Shown: in pieces, positions 44,526 through 56,000 of the stretch
Numbering within the stretch: the stretch's first letter is position 1
Layout of the letters: every line of letters starts with the position of its first letter
Source: Rhodospirillaceae bacterium
GTDB lineage: Bacteria; Pseudomonadota; Alphaproteobacteria; Reyranellales; JAQSWP01
Direction of reading: 5' to 3'
DNA: 60,167 bases
NCBI GenBank assembly: GCA_040255215.1
Contig: JBDZUM010000005.1
Span: 1 to 60,167 of the forward strand
Position numbers and translations under genes: made by a program
Notes under the pieces: generated by a model
What the model was told of the DNA's origin: nothing
Databases searched by the model: none
The model's input: only the letters and a program-made list of their open reading frames with translations

Positions 44526-44960
44526 AGCTCGTACCCCCTGACCGGCAGCTTCCGTCGCCGCATGCGTCCCATTCGGACACTCCAATGCGGCAGGCCCTGC
44601 GCGCCGGTCGCGCCACGGGCTGCGGATCGTTAAAACTACATTGAAACCAGACATTTATCAATCCATACGACAATCGAAGGAGGCCGGCTGTGATCCTTTT
44701 CACACGGTCTGCCTCGCCCGCCATCGCAGCGCAGCATGGCATTGCCATCGGCATACTCCACAGGCGAATAGCTTGCCTGCGGCGGCGCGGAGGAACAGAG
44801 TCATGGCCTGAGCGTTCGTTTCTGTTGCGGAGCCGTCTGGCCCCGCGCCGTCGGCGACAAGGCCGGCGTTCGAACCAGGCGCCGGCCCGAGCCGGGCGAT
44901 TTGAACGCGAAAAGCGACGCGGTGTTCCGGCCGCCCTCCGAAGCGAAAAGGAGGAAGCCC

Positions 44961-45389
44961 ATGCTTGTGTCGGAAATTCTCAGCGCCAAGGAACTCGACG
45001 TCGTCGGCATCACCCCGGACATGACGGTGGAGGACGCCGCCCGCACCATGACCCGTCACGGTATCGGCGCGGTGCTGGTCCTGGCCGGCGACCGGGTGCT
45101 CGGCATCATATCGGAGCGCGACATCGCCCGCGGCGTCGCCGGTCGTGGCGGCGCCGTGCTGGCCGATCGCGTCTGCGATATCATGACCAAGTCCGTGGTG
45201 GTTTGCGCGCCGGACAACACCGTCGAATCCGTGATGTCCGTCATGACCGAGCGGCGCATTCGCCATCTGCCGGTGGTCGAGCGCGGCCGGCTGGTCGGGG
45301 TGGTTTCGATCGGCGACGTGGTCAAGGCGCTGATCGAGGAGGTTCGCCACGAAGCCGAAGACCTGCGGCGCTATATCGTCGCCGGCTGA
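44961..45389 (+). CDS. CBS-domain pair protein
   Basis: ATG 44961 follows an AAGGAGGA Shine-Dalgarno inside ORF 44901..45389. 142 aa with two CBS motifs (HGIGAVLVLAGDRVLGIISERDI; RRIRHLPVVERGRLVGVVSIGDVV). Confidence 0.88.
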   Translation: MLVSEILSAKELDVVGITPDMTVEDAARTMTRHGIGAVLVLAGDRVLGIISERDIARGVAGRGGAVLADRVCDIMTKSVVVCAPDNTVESVMSVMTERRIRHLPVVERGRLVGVVSIGDVVKALIEEVRHEAEDLRRYIVAG

Positions 45390-45415
45390 CCGCCCGTCTG
45401 ACCGCCCGTCTGACC
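45386..45415. repeat. 12-nt direct tandem repeat, about 2.5 copies (CTGACCGCCCGT)
   Basis: ctgaccgcccgt ctgaccgcccgt ctgacc begins at the CBS gene stop codon (TGA 45387-45389). Confidence 0.8.
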
Positions 45416-45432
45416 TGCGGAATTGATCCGGT

Positions 45433-45468
45433 CCGTCCCGCCGACAGGCGAGACGGGCCGCTTTTTTT
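45433..45468 (+). terminator. Rho-independent terminator after the CBS gene
   Basis: CCGTCCCGCC-GACA-GGCGAGACGG (9 of 10 bp paired), then GCCGCTTTTTTT. Confidence 0.8.
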
Positions 45469-45571
45469 GCCCTTGCCGCGCGTGGCCCCGGCCGGCAATT
45501 TGCGGGCGGGAAACGCATTTCTCGCGCCGGCTCCTCCGGCGCAAAGCCAAGCAAACGCAAATGGGTAGTTC

Positions 45572-47179
<1,608 letters not shown>

Positions 47180-47181
47180 CG

Positions 47182-47964
47182 ATGGCGAAGCCCGTCCTCT
47201 ATTCGGTCGACGCCGGCGTCGCCACGATCCGGATCAACCGGCCGGCGGCGCACAACGCGCTCGACCAGGCGACCGGCAACGCGCTGATCGCGGCGGTGCA
47301 CCGGGCGGCTGCCGACGAGGCCGTGCGCATCGTCGTGCTGGCGGCCGATGGGCCGAGCTTCTCGGCCGGCGGCGACTTCAACTGGGTTCTGACCTGGCCA
47401 TCGCTCAGCACCGCCGAGCAGCATGCCGGCGCCACGCTGTTCTCCAATGCGGTACAGGCGGTCTACGACCTGCCCAAGCCATCGATCGCCCGCGTCCAGG
47501 GCGCCTGCGTCGGCGGCGGGGTCGGCATCATGCTGGCCTGCGACTATGCCGTCGCCGCCGATACCGCCCGCTTCGGGCTGACGTCGGTGCGCAACGGCCT
47601 GCTGGCCGGCATCGCCATTCCCGAACTGATCCAGGCGCTGGGTCCGCGCAAGGCGCGCCAGGTGCTGCTGCATGGCGGTATCGTGCCCGCCGCGCAGGCG
47701 CGCGACTTCGGGCTGGTCGATCGCGTCGTACCGGCCGCCGAGCTCGACGCCGAGATCGCCAGGCTCGCCGGCGAACTGAAGCTCGGCGCGCCCAGCGTCC
47801 AGGCGCTGATCAAGCGGCTGGTGACCGAATTTTCGGTTGCCGCCAGAGACTCGCAGATGGCTGCCCGTATCGCCGACGAAGTCACGGCGCAATGCACGAC
47901 GCCCGACGCCAAGGAAGGCATGAGCGCCTTCCTCGAGAAGCGCAAGGCGGGCTGGACGGTTTGA
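47182..47964 (+). CDS. enoyl-CoA hydratase/isomerase family protein (probable methylglutaconyl-CoA hydratase by context)
   Basis: ATG 47182 within ORF 46843..47964; 260 aa; crotonase pattern VATIRINRPAAHNAL...VLAADGPSFSAGGD...GACVGGGVGIMLACD. It lies between the two MCC subunit genes. Confidence 0.85.
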   Translation: MAKPVLYSVDAGVATIRINRPAAHNALDQATGNALIAAVHRAAADEAVRIVVLAADGPSFSAGGDFNWVLTWPSLSTAEQHAGATLFSNAVQAVYDLPKPSIARVQGACVGGGVGIMLACDYAVAADTARFGLTSVRNGLLAGIAIPELIQALGPRKARQVLLHGGIVPAAQARDFGLVDRVVPAAELDAEIARLAGELKLGAPSVQALIKRLVTEFSVAARDSQMAARIADEVTAQCTTPDAKEGMSAFLEKRKAGWTV

Positions 47965-47982
47965 GATAGAGGTCGAACGCAG

Positions 47983-50001
47983 ATGTTTTCCAAGATCCTG
48001 ATCGCCAATCGCGGCGAAATCGCCTGCCGGGTCATCAAGACGGCGCGCCGCATGGGTATCGCCACCGTCGCGGTCTATTCCGACGCCGATCGCGACGCCA
48101 TGCACGTGGCGATGGCCGACGAGGCCTATCACATCGGACCGGCCTCGGCCCGCGAGAGCTATCTCGTTGCCGACCGCATCGTCGAGGTCGCGCGCAAGTC
48201 GGGCGCCCAGGCGGTGCATCCGGGCTACGGCTTCCTGTCGGAAAACGCCGGCTTCGCCGAAGCCTGCGCCAAGGCCGGCATCGTCTTCATCGGACCTCCG
48301 GCCTCCGCCATCCGCGCCATGGGCTCCAAGAGCGAAGCCAAGAAGATCATGGAGCAGGCCAAGGTGCCGCTGGTGCCGGGCTACCACGGCGACGACCAGA
48401 GCGAACCCATCCTGAAGGCGGCCGCCGAACGCATCGGCTATCCGGTGCTGATCAAGGCTTCGGCCGGCGGCGGCGGCAAGGGCATGCGCGTCGTCGAGAG
48501 CGATGCCAAGTTCGTCGAGCAGCTGGCCGGCGCCAAGCGCGAGGCCAAAGGCGCCTTCGGCGACGACCACGTGCTGATCGAGAAATACCTGACGCGGCCG
48601 CGCCACATCGAGATCCAGGTGTTCGCCGACACGCACGGCAATTGCGTCTATCTGTTCGAGCGCGACTGCTCGATCCAGCGCCGCCACCAGAAGGTGATCG
48701 AGGAGGCGCCGGCTCCCGGCATGCCGATCGACCGCCGTCGCGCCATGGGCGAGGCCGCCGTCGCCGCCGCCAAGGCGATCGGCTATGTCGGCGCCGGCAC
48801 GGTCGAGTTCATCGCCAACCAGGACGGCTCGTTCTACTTCATGGAGATGAATACCCGTCTGCAGGTCGAGCATCCGGTCACCGAGATGATCACCGGCCAG
48901 GATCTGGTCGAATGGCAGTTCCGCGTCGCTTCGGGCGAGAAGCTGCCGCTGCTGCAGGACGATCTGGCGATCAACGGCCATGCCATCGAGGTCCGCCTCT
49001 ACGCCGAGGACCCGGTGCGCAACTTCCTGCCCTCGATCGGGCCGCTGCGCCATCTGCGCCTGCCGGCCGAGAACGCCCATGTCCGCGTCGATACCGGCGT
49101 GCGCCAGGGCGACGAGGTGTCGATGAACTACGACCCGATGATCGCCAAGATCATCGTCTGGGACCGCGACCGCCATTCCGCCATCCGCCGCCTGGCCGCC
49201 GCCATGGCCGAAACCCAGGTCGTCGGCGTTTCCACCAACACCGCCCTGCTGGCCGCCATCGCCGCCCATCCGGCTTTCGGCGCCGGCGATCTCGACACCG
49301 GCTTCATCGAGCGGCACAAGGCCGACGTCATCGTCAAGCCGGGCGCGCCGTCCGACCGCGTCCTGGCGCTGGCGGCGCTGGCGCAGCTCAGCCATTTCGG
49401 CAACCGATCCTGCGAACTGCAGAAGCGTTCGCTCGATCCGTGGTCGCCCTGGGGAATCGCGTCGGGCTGGCGCCTCAATGGCGACGGCCATGACGCGCTG
49501 AGCTTCAAGTCGGGCAACGACGACATCCGCGTCGAAGTGACCTTCGCTCGCAATGGCACCTGGGAACTGGCGCTGCCGTCGGGCCGCGTGGTGGCGAGCG
49601 GCGAGCTGGACGAGGAGGGCGTGCTGTCGGCCACCATCGACGGCGTGCGCCAGACCGCCAACATCGTGCGCCTGACGGCGAACGATGGCAGCGAGGATCT
49701 CGTCATCATGGCGCCGGGGATCAACCATCGGCTCAAGGCGATCGATCCGCGCAACGTGTCGGCCGTCGACGACGTGCCGACCGGCACTTTGCAGGCGCCG
49801 ATGCCGGGCAAGGTGATCGACGTGAAGGTAAAGGACGGCGACAAGGTGCGCCGCGGCCAGCCGGTCGTGGTCCTCGAGGCGATGAAAATGGAACACACCA
49901 TCGCCGCGCCATCGGACGGGACCATCAAGAAGGTGAAGTTCGCCGCCGGCGAACTGGTGGACGAGGGCGTCGAGCTGGTCGAGTTCGAGCCCGCAGCCTG
50001 A
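47983..50001 (+). CDS. methylcrotonyl-CoA carboxylase alpha subunit (biotin carboxylase + BCCP)
   Basis: 672 aa, MFSKILIANRGEIACRVIKTAR, ATP-grasp domain. Biotinylation motif LEAMKMEH; the Lys codon is at 49885-49887. Confidence 0.9.
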   Translation: MFSKILIANRGEIACRVIKTARRMGIATVAVYSDADRDAMHVAMADEAYHIGPASARESYLVADRIVEVARKSGAQAVHPGYGFLSENAGFAEACAKAGIVFIGPPASAIRAMGSKSEAKKIMEQAKVPLVPGYHGDDQSEPILKAAAERIGYPVLIKASAGGGGKGMRVVESDAKFVEQLAGAKREAKGAFGDDHVLIEKYLTRPRHIEIQVFADTHGNCVYLFERDCSIQRRHQKVIEEAPAPGMPIDRRRAMGEAAVAAAKAIGYVGAGTVEFIANQDGSFYFMEMNTRLQVEHPVTEMITGQDLVEWQFRVASGEKLPLLQDDLAINGHAIEVRLYAEDPVRNFLPSIGPLRHLRLPAENAHVRVDTGVRQGDEVSMNYDPMIAKIIVWDRDRHSAIRRLAAAMAETQVVGVSTNTALLAAIAAHPAFGAGDLDTGFIERHKADVIVKPGAPSDRVLALAALAQLSHFGNRSCELQKRSLDPWSPWGIASGWRLNGDGHDALSFKSGNDDIRVEVTFARNGTWELALPSGRVVASGELDEEGVLSATIDGVRQTANIVRLTANDGSEDLVIMAPGINHRLKAIDPRNVSAVDDVPTGTLQAPMPGKVIDVKVKDGDKVRRGQPVVVLEAMKMEHTIAAPSDGTIKKVKFAAGELVDEGVELVEFEPAA

Positions 50002-50011
50002 GGAGGCGGCC

Positions 50012-50920
50012 ATGGCCCTGCCCAAGCGCGTGCGTCTGGTTGAGGTCGGTCCGCGCGACGGGCTGCAGAACGAGGCGAAGCCGGTGCCGGTCGAGGTCAA
50101 GGTCGAGCTGATCGACCGCCTGACCGAGGCCGGCCACGTCACCGTCGAGGCCGGCAGCTTCGTGTCGCCCAAATGGGTGCCGCAGATGGCCAGCACCGAC
50201 GAGGTCATGGCCCGCATCCGGCGCAAGCCGGGCGTGTCCTATCCTGTGCTGGTGCCCAACAAGCAGGGCATGAACGCCGCCATCGAGGCGAAATGCGAAG
50301 AGGTCGCCGTGTTCGCCGCCGCGTCGGAGAGCTTCTCGCGCAAGAACATCAACTGCTCCATCGCCGAGAGCCTCGAGCGTTTCGCCCCGGTGATGGAAGC
50401 GGCGCAGCACCACGGCATCAAGGTGCGCGGCTACATCTCAACCGTGGTCGGCTGTCCCTACGAGGGCGATGTCGCGCCGCAGGCGGTGGCCGATCTGGCG
50501 GCGAAGCTGCTGGCGATGGGCTGCTACGAGATCTCGCTCGGCGACACGATCGGCGTTGGTACGCCGGGCAAATGCGTCGCCATGGTCGATGCCGTCGCCG
50601 CCGTGGTGCCGCGCGAGAAGATCGCGGTGCATTTCCACGACACTTACGGCCAGGCGCTGGCCAACATCCTCGCCTGCATGGAGCGCGGCATCACGGTGAT
50701 GGATACCGCCGTCGCCGGCCTCGGCGGCTGCCCCTACGCCAAGGGCGCCTCGGGCAATGTCGGCACCGAGGACGTGCTCTATATGCTCAACGGGCTGGGC
50801 GTCGAGCACGGCGTCGATATCGAGAAGATCGCCGGCATCGGCCGCTTCATCACCGCCGCCCTGGGCCGCCAGCCGGCTTCCAAGGTGGCGCAGGCCATGG
50901 CGGCGAAGCTCGCCGCCTGA
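50012..50920 (+). CDS. hydroxymethylglutaryl-CoA lyase
   Basis: 302 aa, VRLVEVGPRDGLQNE...SPKWVPQMA...ISLGDTIGVGTP...HFHDTYGQALANI...GLGGCPYAKGASGNV. Confidence 0.93.
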   Translation: MALPKRVRLVEVGPRDGLQNEAKPVPVEVKVELIDRLTEAGHVTVEAGSFVSPKWVPQMASTDEVMARIRRKPGVSYPVLVPNKQGMNAAIEAKCEEVAVFAAASESFSRKNINCSIAESLERFAPVMEAAQHHGIKVRGYISTVVGCPYEGDVAPQAVADLAAKLLAMGCYEISLGDTIGVGTPGKCVAMVDAVAAVVPREKIAVHFHDTYGQALANILACMERGITVMDTAVAGLGGCPYAKGASGNVGTEDVLYMLNGLGVEHGVDIEKIAGIGRFITAALGRQPASKVAQAMAAKLAA

Positions 50921-50923
50921 TTT

Positions 50924-53020
50924 TCACTCGGCGATCTGCACCCGCACCTCGACCACGCTGCTGCGTCCGCTGGCGTCGACCACGGCGATGCGGGTGAAGC
51001 CCGCCCCGTCGGGTTGCCACAGCGTCGTCGCTGCCGTTGCCGGGATCGGCCGGTCGTTCACCACCCAGCGCAGCGGCCCCTGGCCGCCCTCGGCTTTCAG
51101 CACCAGCGGCTGCAGCGCCTGATCGGCGCGGGTGACTTCGATCAGCGCGCCCTGCGGCGGAAACACGATGCGCGGCGCCGGCACGCGCGTGCGGGCGACG
51201 CTGCCGATGGCGAGCTGCGGCGCGCTGGGATCGAACACCTGCAGGCTGGGCGGCAGATCGCCCGCGCCGGTAACGGTCAGCACGTCGCCCGGGCGGCGCG
51301 CCGGCGCGACCGGTTCTGGCGGCAGCAGGTCGAAGGCGCGCAGCATGATGGGGGCGGCGGTATTGCGGCCGAACTGGCCCGGACGCGGGGTCGCGTCGGC
51401 ATGGCCGGTCCAGACGCCGACCGTGTAGCGGCCGCTATAGCCCACCGCCCAGGCGTCCCGGAAACCGAACGACGTGCCGGTCTTGAAGGCGATGCGTCGG
51501 CGGCTGCCGGGCGTGGCGGTCGAGGCGTAGCTGTCGGGCGGCGTGCTGCCCACCAGTATGTCGCCGACATACCAGGCTGCCCGTTCGCCCACCAGCCGGC
51601 GCAACGGCTCCTTGTCGGCGCCATCGCCCTGGCGCAGCGCCAGCGGTCGCATCGAGCCGCCATCGGCCAGCCCGACATAGAGCATCGTCAGGTCGAGCAG
51701 CGAAATGCCAGCACCGCCCAGCACGATCGCCAGCGAGCCGGCGCCGGTCGCGTCCTTGGGGTAGACCAGCTCGGCCCCGGCCTGCTGCAGACCGGCGGCG
51801 AAGCGCTCGGGGCCGATGCGGTTGACCACCGCCACCGCCGGCACGTTGAGCGATTGCTGCAGCGCAGAACGGGCGGTGATGGTGCCCTGGAAGTCGCGAT
51901 CGAAATTGCGCGGCGCATAGTCGCCGAAGCGGTACGGAGCGTCGTCTATGAGCGATTCTGGGTGCAAAACGCCATCGTCGAAGGCCATGGCGTAGGCGAA
52001 CGGCTTCAGGGTCGATCCGGGCGATCTGCGGGCCCGGACCAGGTCGTTCTGCCCTGCTTTTGCAAAGAAATCCGCGCTTCCGACATAGCCGATGACGCTT
52101 CTGTCGCGGTTGTCGACCACGACCATGGCCACATCCGCCCCATCGGCGAAATTCCTAGCCGATTCAAGGGCCAGGCGCTCCAAACCGCGCTGCAGCCCGC
52201 CCTGCACGAACGTCCGAACTGTGCTACCCGCCCGCACCTCCCCCGCCAGCGCCAAACTCAGGTGCGGGGCCAGAAAAGGCATGGAATCTCGGGTGTTTGG
52301 CACCGGCCGGTCGAGCGCGTCGCGGCGCTGGGCGGCGGTCAGCCTGCCGCGCCCGGCCACCACCTCAACGACCCAGTCGCGCGCGGCGCGGGCGGCTTTG
52401 GGGTGCAGGTCGGGACGGCGGCGTTCGGGCGACTGGGGCAGGGCGACCAGAAGTGCGGCCTCGGCCGGTGCCAGGCTGCGCGGCTCCTTGCCGAAATAGG
52501 CCAGCGAGGCGGCGCGCACGCCCTCGAGATTGCCGCCATAGGGCGCCAGGGTGAGGTAGAGGGTGAGGATTTCGTCCTTGCTGTAGTGCAGTTCAAGCTG
52601 CAGCGCCCGCAGCGCCTCCAGCACCTTGCCGCCGAGATCGCGCGAATGCGGTTCGAGCAGGCGGGCGGTCTGCATGGTCAGGGTCGAGGCGCCGGAGACG
52701 ATCTCGCCATGCGCCACGAACTGTCCCATGGCGCGCACGACCGAGAGCGGGTCGACGCCGGGATGCCAATGGAAGCGGCGGTCTTCGTAGGCCAGCAAGG
52801 TCTTCAAGAACAGCGGATCGACATCCTGCGGGCTTGCCAGCAGCCGCCAGCGATCGTCGCTCGAGGTGAAGGCACGCAGGATCTTGCCGTCGGCATCGAC
52901 CACCAGGGTCGACCGGTCGTGGAAGCGCGACAGGTCGGGCGGATAGAGCCGGTCGAGCACGGCGCCGCCGGCCAGCGCAGATGCCACCAGCAGAATGCCT
53001 GCAAGGAGCCAGCGCCGCAT
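50924..53020 (-). CDS. pbpC: penicillin-binding protein 1C (glycosyltransferase/transpeptidase)
   Basis: 698 aa. GT51 motif AYEDRRFHWHPGVD, transpeptidase SPGSTLKPF (SxxK), KTGTS. Lies 19 nt downstream of the alpha-2-macroglobulin gene. Confidence 0.9.
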   Translation of the reverse strand: MRRWLLAGILLVASALAGGAVLDRLYPPDLSRFHDRSTLVVDADGKILRAFTSSDDRWRLLASPQDVDPLFLKTLLAYEDRRFHWHPGVDPLSVVRAMGQFVAHGEIVSGASTLTMQTARLLEPHSRDLGGKVLEALRALQLELHYSKDEILTLYLTLAPYGGNLEGVRAASLAYFGKEPRSLAPAEAALLVALPQSPERRRPDLHPKAARAARDWVVEVVAGRGRLTAAQRRDALDRPVPNTRDSMPFLAPHLSLALAGEVRAGSTVRTFVQGGLQRGLERLALESARNFADGADVAMVVVDNRDRSVIGYVGSADFFAKAGQNDLVRARRSPGSTLKPFAYAMAFDDGVLHPESLIDDAPYRFGDYAPRNFDRDFQGTITARSALQQSLNVPAVAVVNRIGPERFAAGLQQAGAELVYPKDATGAGSLAIVLGGAGISLLDLTMLYVGLADGGSMRPLALRQGDGADKEPLRRLVGERAAWYVGDILVGSTPPDSYASTATPGSRRRIAFKTGTSFGFRDAWAVGYSGRYTVGVWTGHADATPRPGQFGRNTAAPIMLRAFDLLPPEPVAPARRPGDVLTVTGAGDLPPSLQVFDPSAPQLAIGSVARTRVPAPRIVFPPQGALIEVTRADQALQPLVLKAEGGQGPLRWVVNDRPIPATAATTLWQPDGAGFTRIAVVDASGRSSVVEVRVQIAE

Positions 53021-53039
53021 CGGGAACCCGCCCTCTCTC

Positions 53040-56000
53040 CTAGGGCCGCGGCAGCACAGTGACCGTGCCGCCGTTGGTGCGGCCGATCACGCCTGGGCGG
53101 TACATGTCCTCGATCTGCGCCGGTGGCAGCACGTAGGTGCCCGGCGTCACGGCCCGCACGACGTAAGCCAGCGCAAACTCGGCAGTTTCCTCTTCCTCGT
53201 AATAGTAGTTGCCGCGATAGGAGCCGAAATAGGTCGGCTTGCCGAAGGTGAAGCTGGCGAAGAAGCGATCGTCGCGCGCCTCGCGCGTGCGGCTGAAGCT
53301 GATCTTCGGCAGCCAGGAATAGGCCTGCTCGCCGTCCTGCACGTAGGGAATGACCGCCTCGATCTCCCAGCCGGCCGGCAGCAGATCGAGCAGCGCGACC
53401 TCGTGATAGCTCTTGTCGAGAGCGCGGCCGGTCAGCACGACCATCAGCCGGTCGTTCTGCACCACCTTCGAAAGATCGGCGGCCGACCCGTCGAGCTTGC
53501 GGAACACCCGGTCGACGCGCATGCCGCGCGCGACGGCCGGCTGCATCGCCTTGGGTACACCGCGCACCGACAGCGTGCCCCAGATCTCGCGGTCGGTGGT
53601 GTTGCGAATCGCCATCGGATTGGCGGCGACCTTGGCGGCGTCGGGATAGAACATGGCCGGCTCGCGCTTGGGCTTCACCGGATCGCCGTTGACTTCGAGG
53701 GTCAGCGGCGTCGCGGTCTGGGTCATGGCGTGGGCCGCCAGCAGCATCCAGGCCTTTTCCTGCGTGGTCGTGTTCTCGATGGAGACCTTGTCGAAGCGAC
53801 GCAGCCTGTCTGTCAGCGCCGGCAGCATGTCGGTCTGGCCGGCCAGCGCGGCCACGGCCGTCAGGCCGGCCGCATCGCGAAGCGCGGTCCCATAATAGTC
53901 GCCGCGAATGACCGAGCCGACCGCCTGGCGCGACTGCTGGAAGGCGGTGAGGGCGCGCGCCTTCTCGCCGGTCAGCGCCAGCGCCGCCGCCAGATGGCCG
54001 CGACCCAGCCCGGTGCGGATGTTGCGCAGGTCCGTGTCCTGGAAGTAGCGCAGCTGTCCGACATCGGCCTGGCCGGCCCGGGCCAGCACGTAGAAGCCAT
54101 AAGCGCGCGCCTCGGGCGAGAATTCCGACAACGTGCCGCGCACCCAGTTCAGGCCGCGCATGACTGCGGCATCCGGCACGGCGAAGTCCTTGGCCTTGGC
54201 CTGGATCAGGAAATCCAGCGCGAAGATCTGCAACCAGGGATCGGCGGCGTAGAGACCCGGTCCCCACATGCCGAAACCGCCGTCGGGACGCTGCATGTCG
54301 AGAATGCGCGACGCTGCCTCCTGGATCCGCGTCGGCAGCGCCTTGTCGGTCTGGATGCCGCTGACGGCGGCCAGTTCGCCGAAATAAAGCAGCGGCAGGG
54401 CCCGGCTGGTGGTCTGTTCGAGACAGCCGAACGGATACTTGTCCAGTGCCGTCAGCAGGCCGGCGACATCGAAGCCGCGTACGCTGGCCATGCTGACCGA
54501 CACGGTGGCGCTGCCGGGCACGAAGGTCTCGAGCGAGGCGGCGTCGACGGTGAAGCTCTCGCCGGGCTTGACGGACGAGACCAGTTCGACGGTCTGCGGC
54601 GCCTGCGCCGGCCGGACCTGGATCTGCCAGTCGCGGGCGACCTCGAAGCCGTTCGGCCCGGTGATCTTCAGGTCGAACTTGCCGATGCCGACCTGCTCGG
54701 CCTTGACCGGCCAGCCGAAGATCTGGCGCTTGCCGGCCGGCATGTCGACCGACTGGTTCACGGCGGGAAGGCTGACCGCGCCGCTTGCCGTCAGCGACAC
54801 CTGATACGCGCCGGGGGTGGCCTCGACATTGTGCAGCAGCAGGCTGATGCGGCTTTCGTCGCCTGGTGCCAGGAAGCGGGGCAGGGTGACGTCGCTGACC
54901 AGTGCGTCGCGCACGGTCAGCGGCTTGCTTGACTGGCCGACCCGCGCCCGGTCGAAGGCCACCGCCATGAGCCGCAATTCGCCGGTGAAGTCGGGAATGT
55001 CGAGCGGAATGCTGGCCTTGCCCTCGGCATCGAGTTTGACGATGCCCGAGTACAGCGCCACGGTCCGCGTCGGCACGACCTCCAGCCCGCGGCCAGCGGC
55101 GCTGTCGCCGCCGGTGCGGATCTGGCCGACGACGTCGGCCGCACCGTCAAGCAGCCGGCCGTAATCGTCGCGTATGCCCAGCGTCAGTCGGCGCTTGCCG
55201 AAGAAATGCTGCGACGGATCGGGCGACTGGAATTTGGTGAGCTGCAGGATGCCCTCGTCGACCGCAGCCAGGGTGACGAAGGCCTCGGGCCCGGCCTGCG
55301 CGACCTTGATCGGCACCTCGATCTTCTGCCGCGGCAGGATCTTGTCGGGCGTGCCGATTTCCACTGCCAGTTTGCGATCGCTGACATCGACGCCGAGCCA
55401 GACCAGGCCGATGGCGCGCACCGGGGCGCGATCGTTCTTCTGGGCCAGCGGTCGGAAGGCGCTGACCAGCGCATAGGCGCCGCTGCCCCAGTCGGCGGAC
55501 ACAGGGATGTCGACCGTCGTGCCTTCGGCGGCGACGGAAACGAGCCTGCGCTCGAAGATGCGGTCGCCGGCGATCACGATCGTCGCTTCGCCGGTGAATG
55601 GCGCCTCGATGCGCACGCGCGCGGTTTCGCCCTTGGCATAGGTCTGCTTGTCGGCCGTGACCTTGACGAGGTCGGGCGTCTCGGCGACCTGCGAGGAGGC
55701 CCAGCCGGAGTAGTAGCTGATGCTCGACGCCGCGCCCGTCGTCGGATCGGTGACGATCAGGCGGTAACGGCCCCAGGACTGGGTCTGGCTGACAACGGCA
55801 AGCTTGTCGGCCTCGACGTCGATCGTGCCACTGGTGACGGGAATGTCGCGGCTATAGACCTCCCAGCGCCAGGAATTGCCGGTGCGATACCATTGGTAGT
55901 TGCGATGTTCGCGCACGAGTTCCCATTTCAGGCCCGGCCGCGCCAGACGTTCGCCTTTGGCATCGACCAGGGCGATCTCGAATTCGGCCGGCGAGCCTTC

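Noticed and set aside
44690-45568. 292-aa ORF with a strong GAAGGAGG Shine-Dalgarno and a GTG start.
   Set aside because: It runs out of frame through the well-supported CBS gene. Its translation is Arg-rich, and third-position GC in its unique 5' part looks clearly lower than in real genes here. The Shine-Dalgarno + GTG is kept only as a possible short leader-peptide start (see the finding on 44526-44960).
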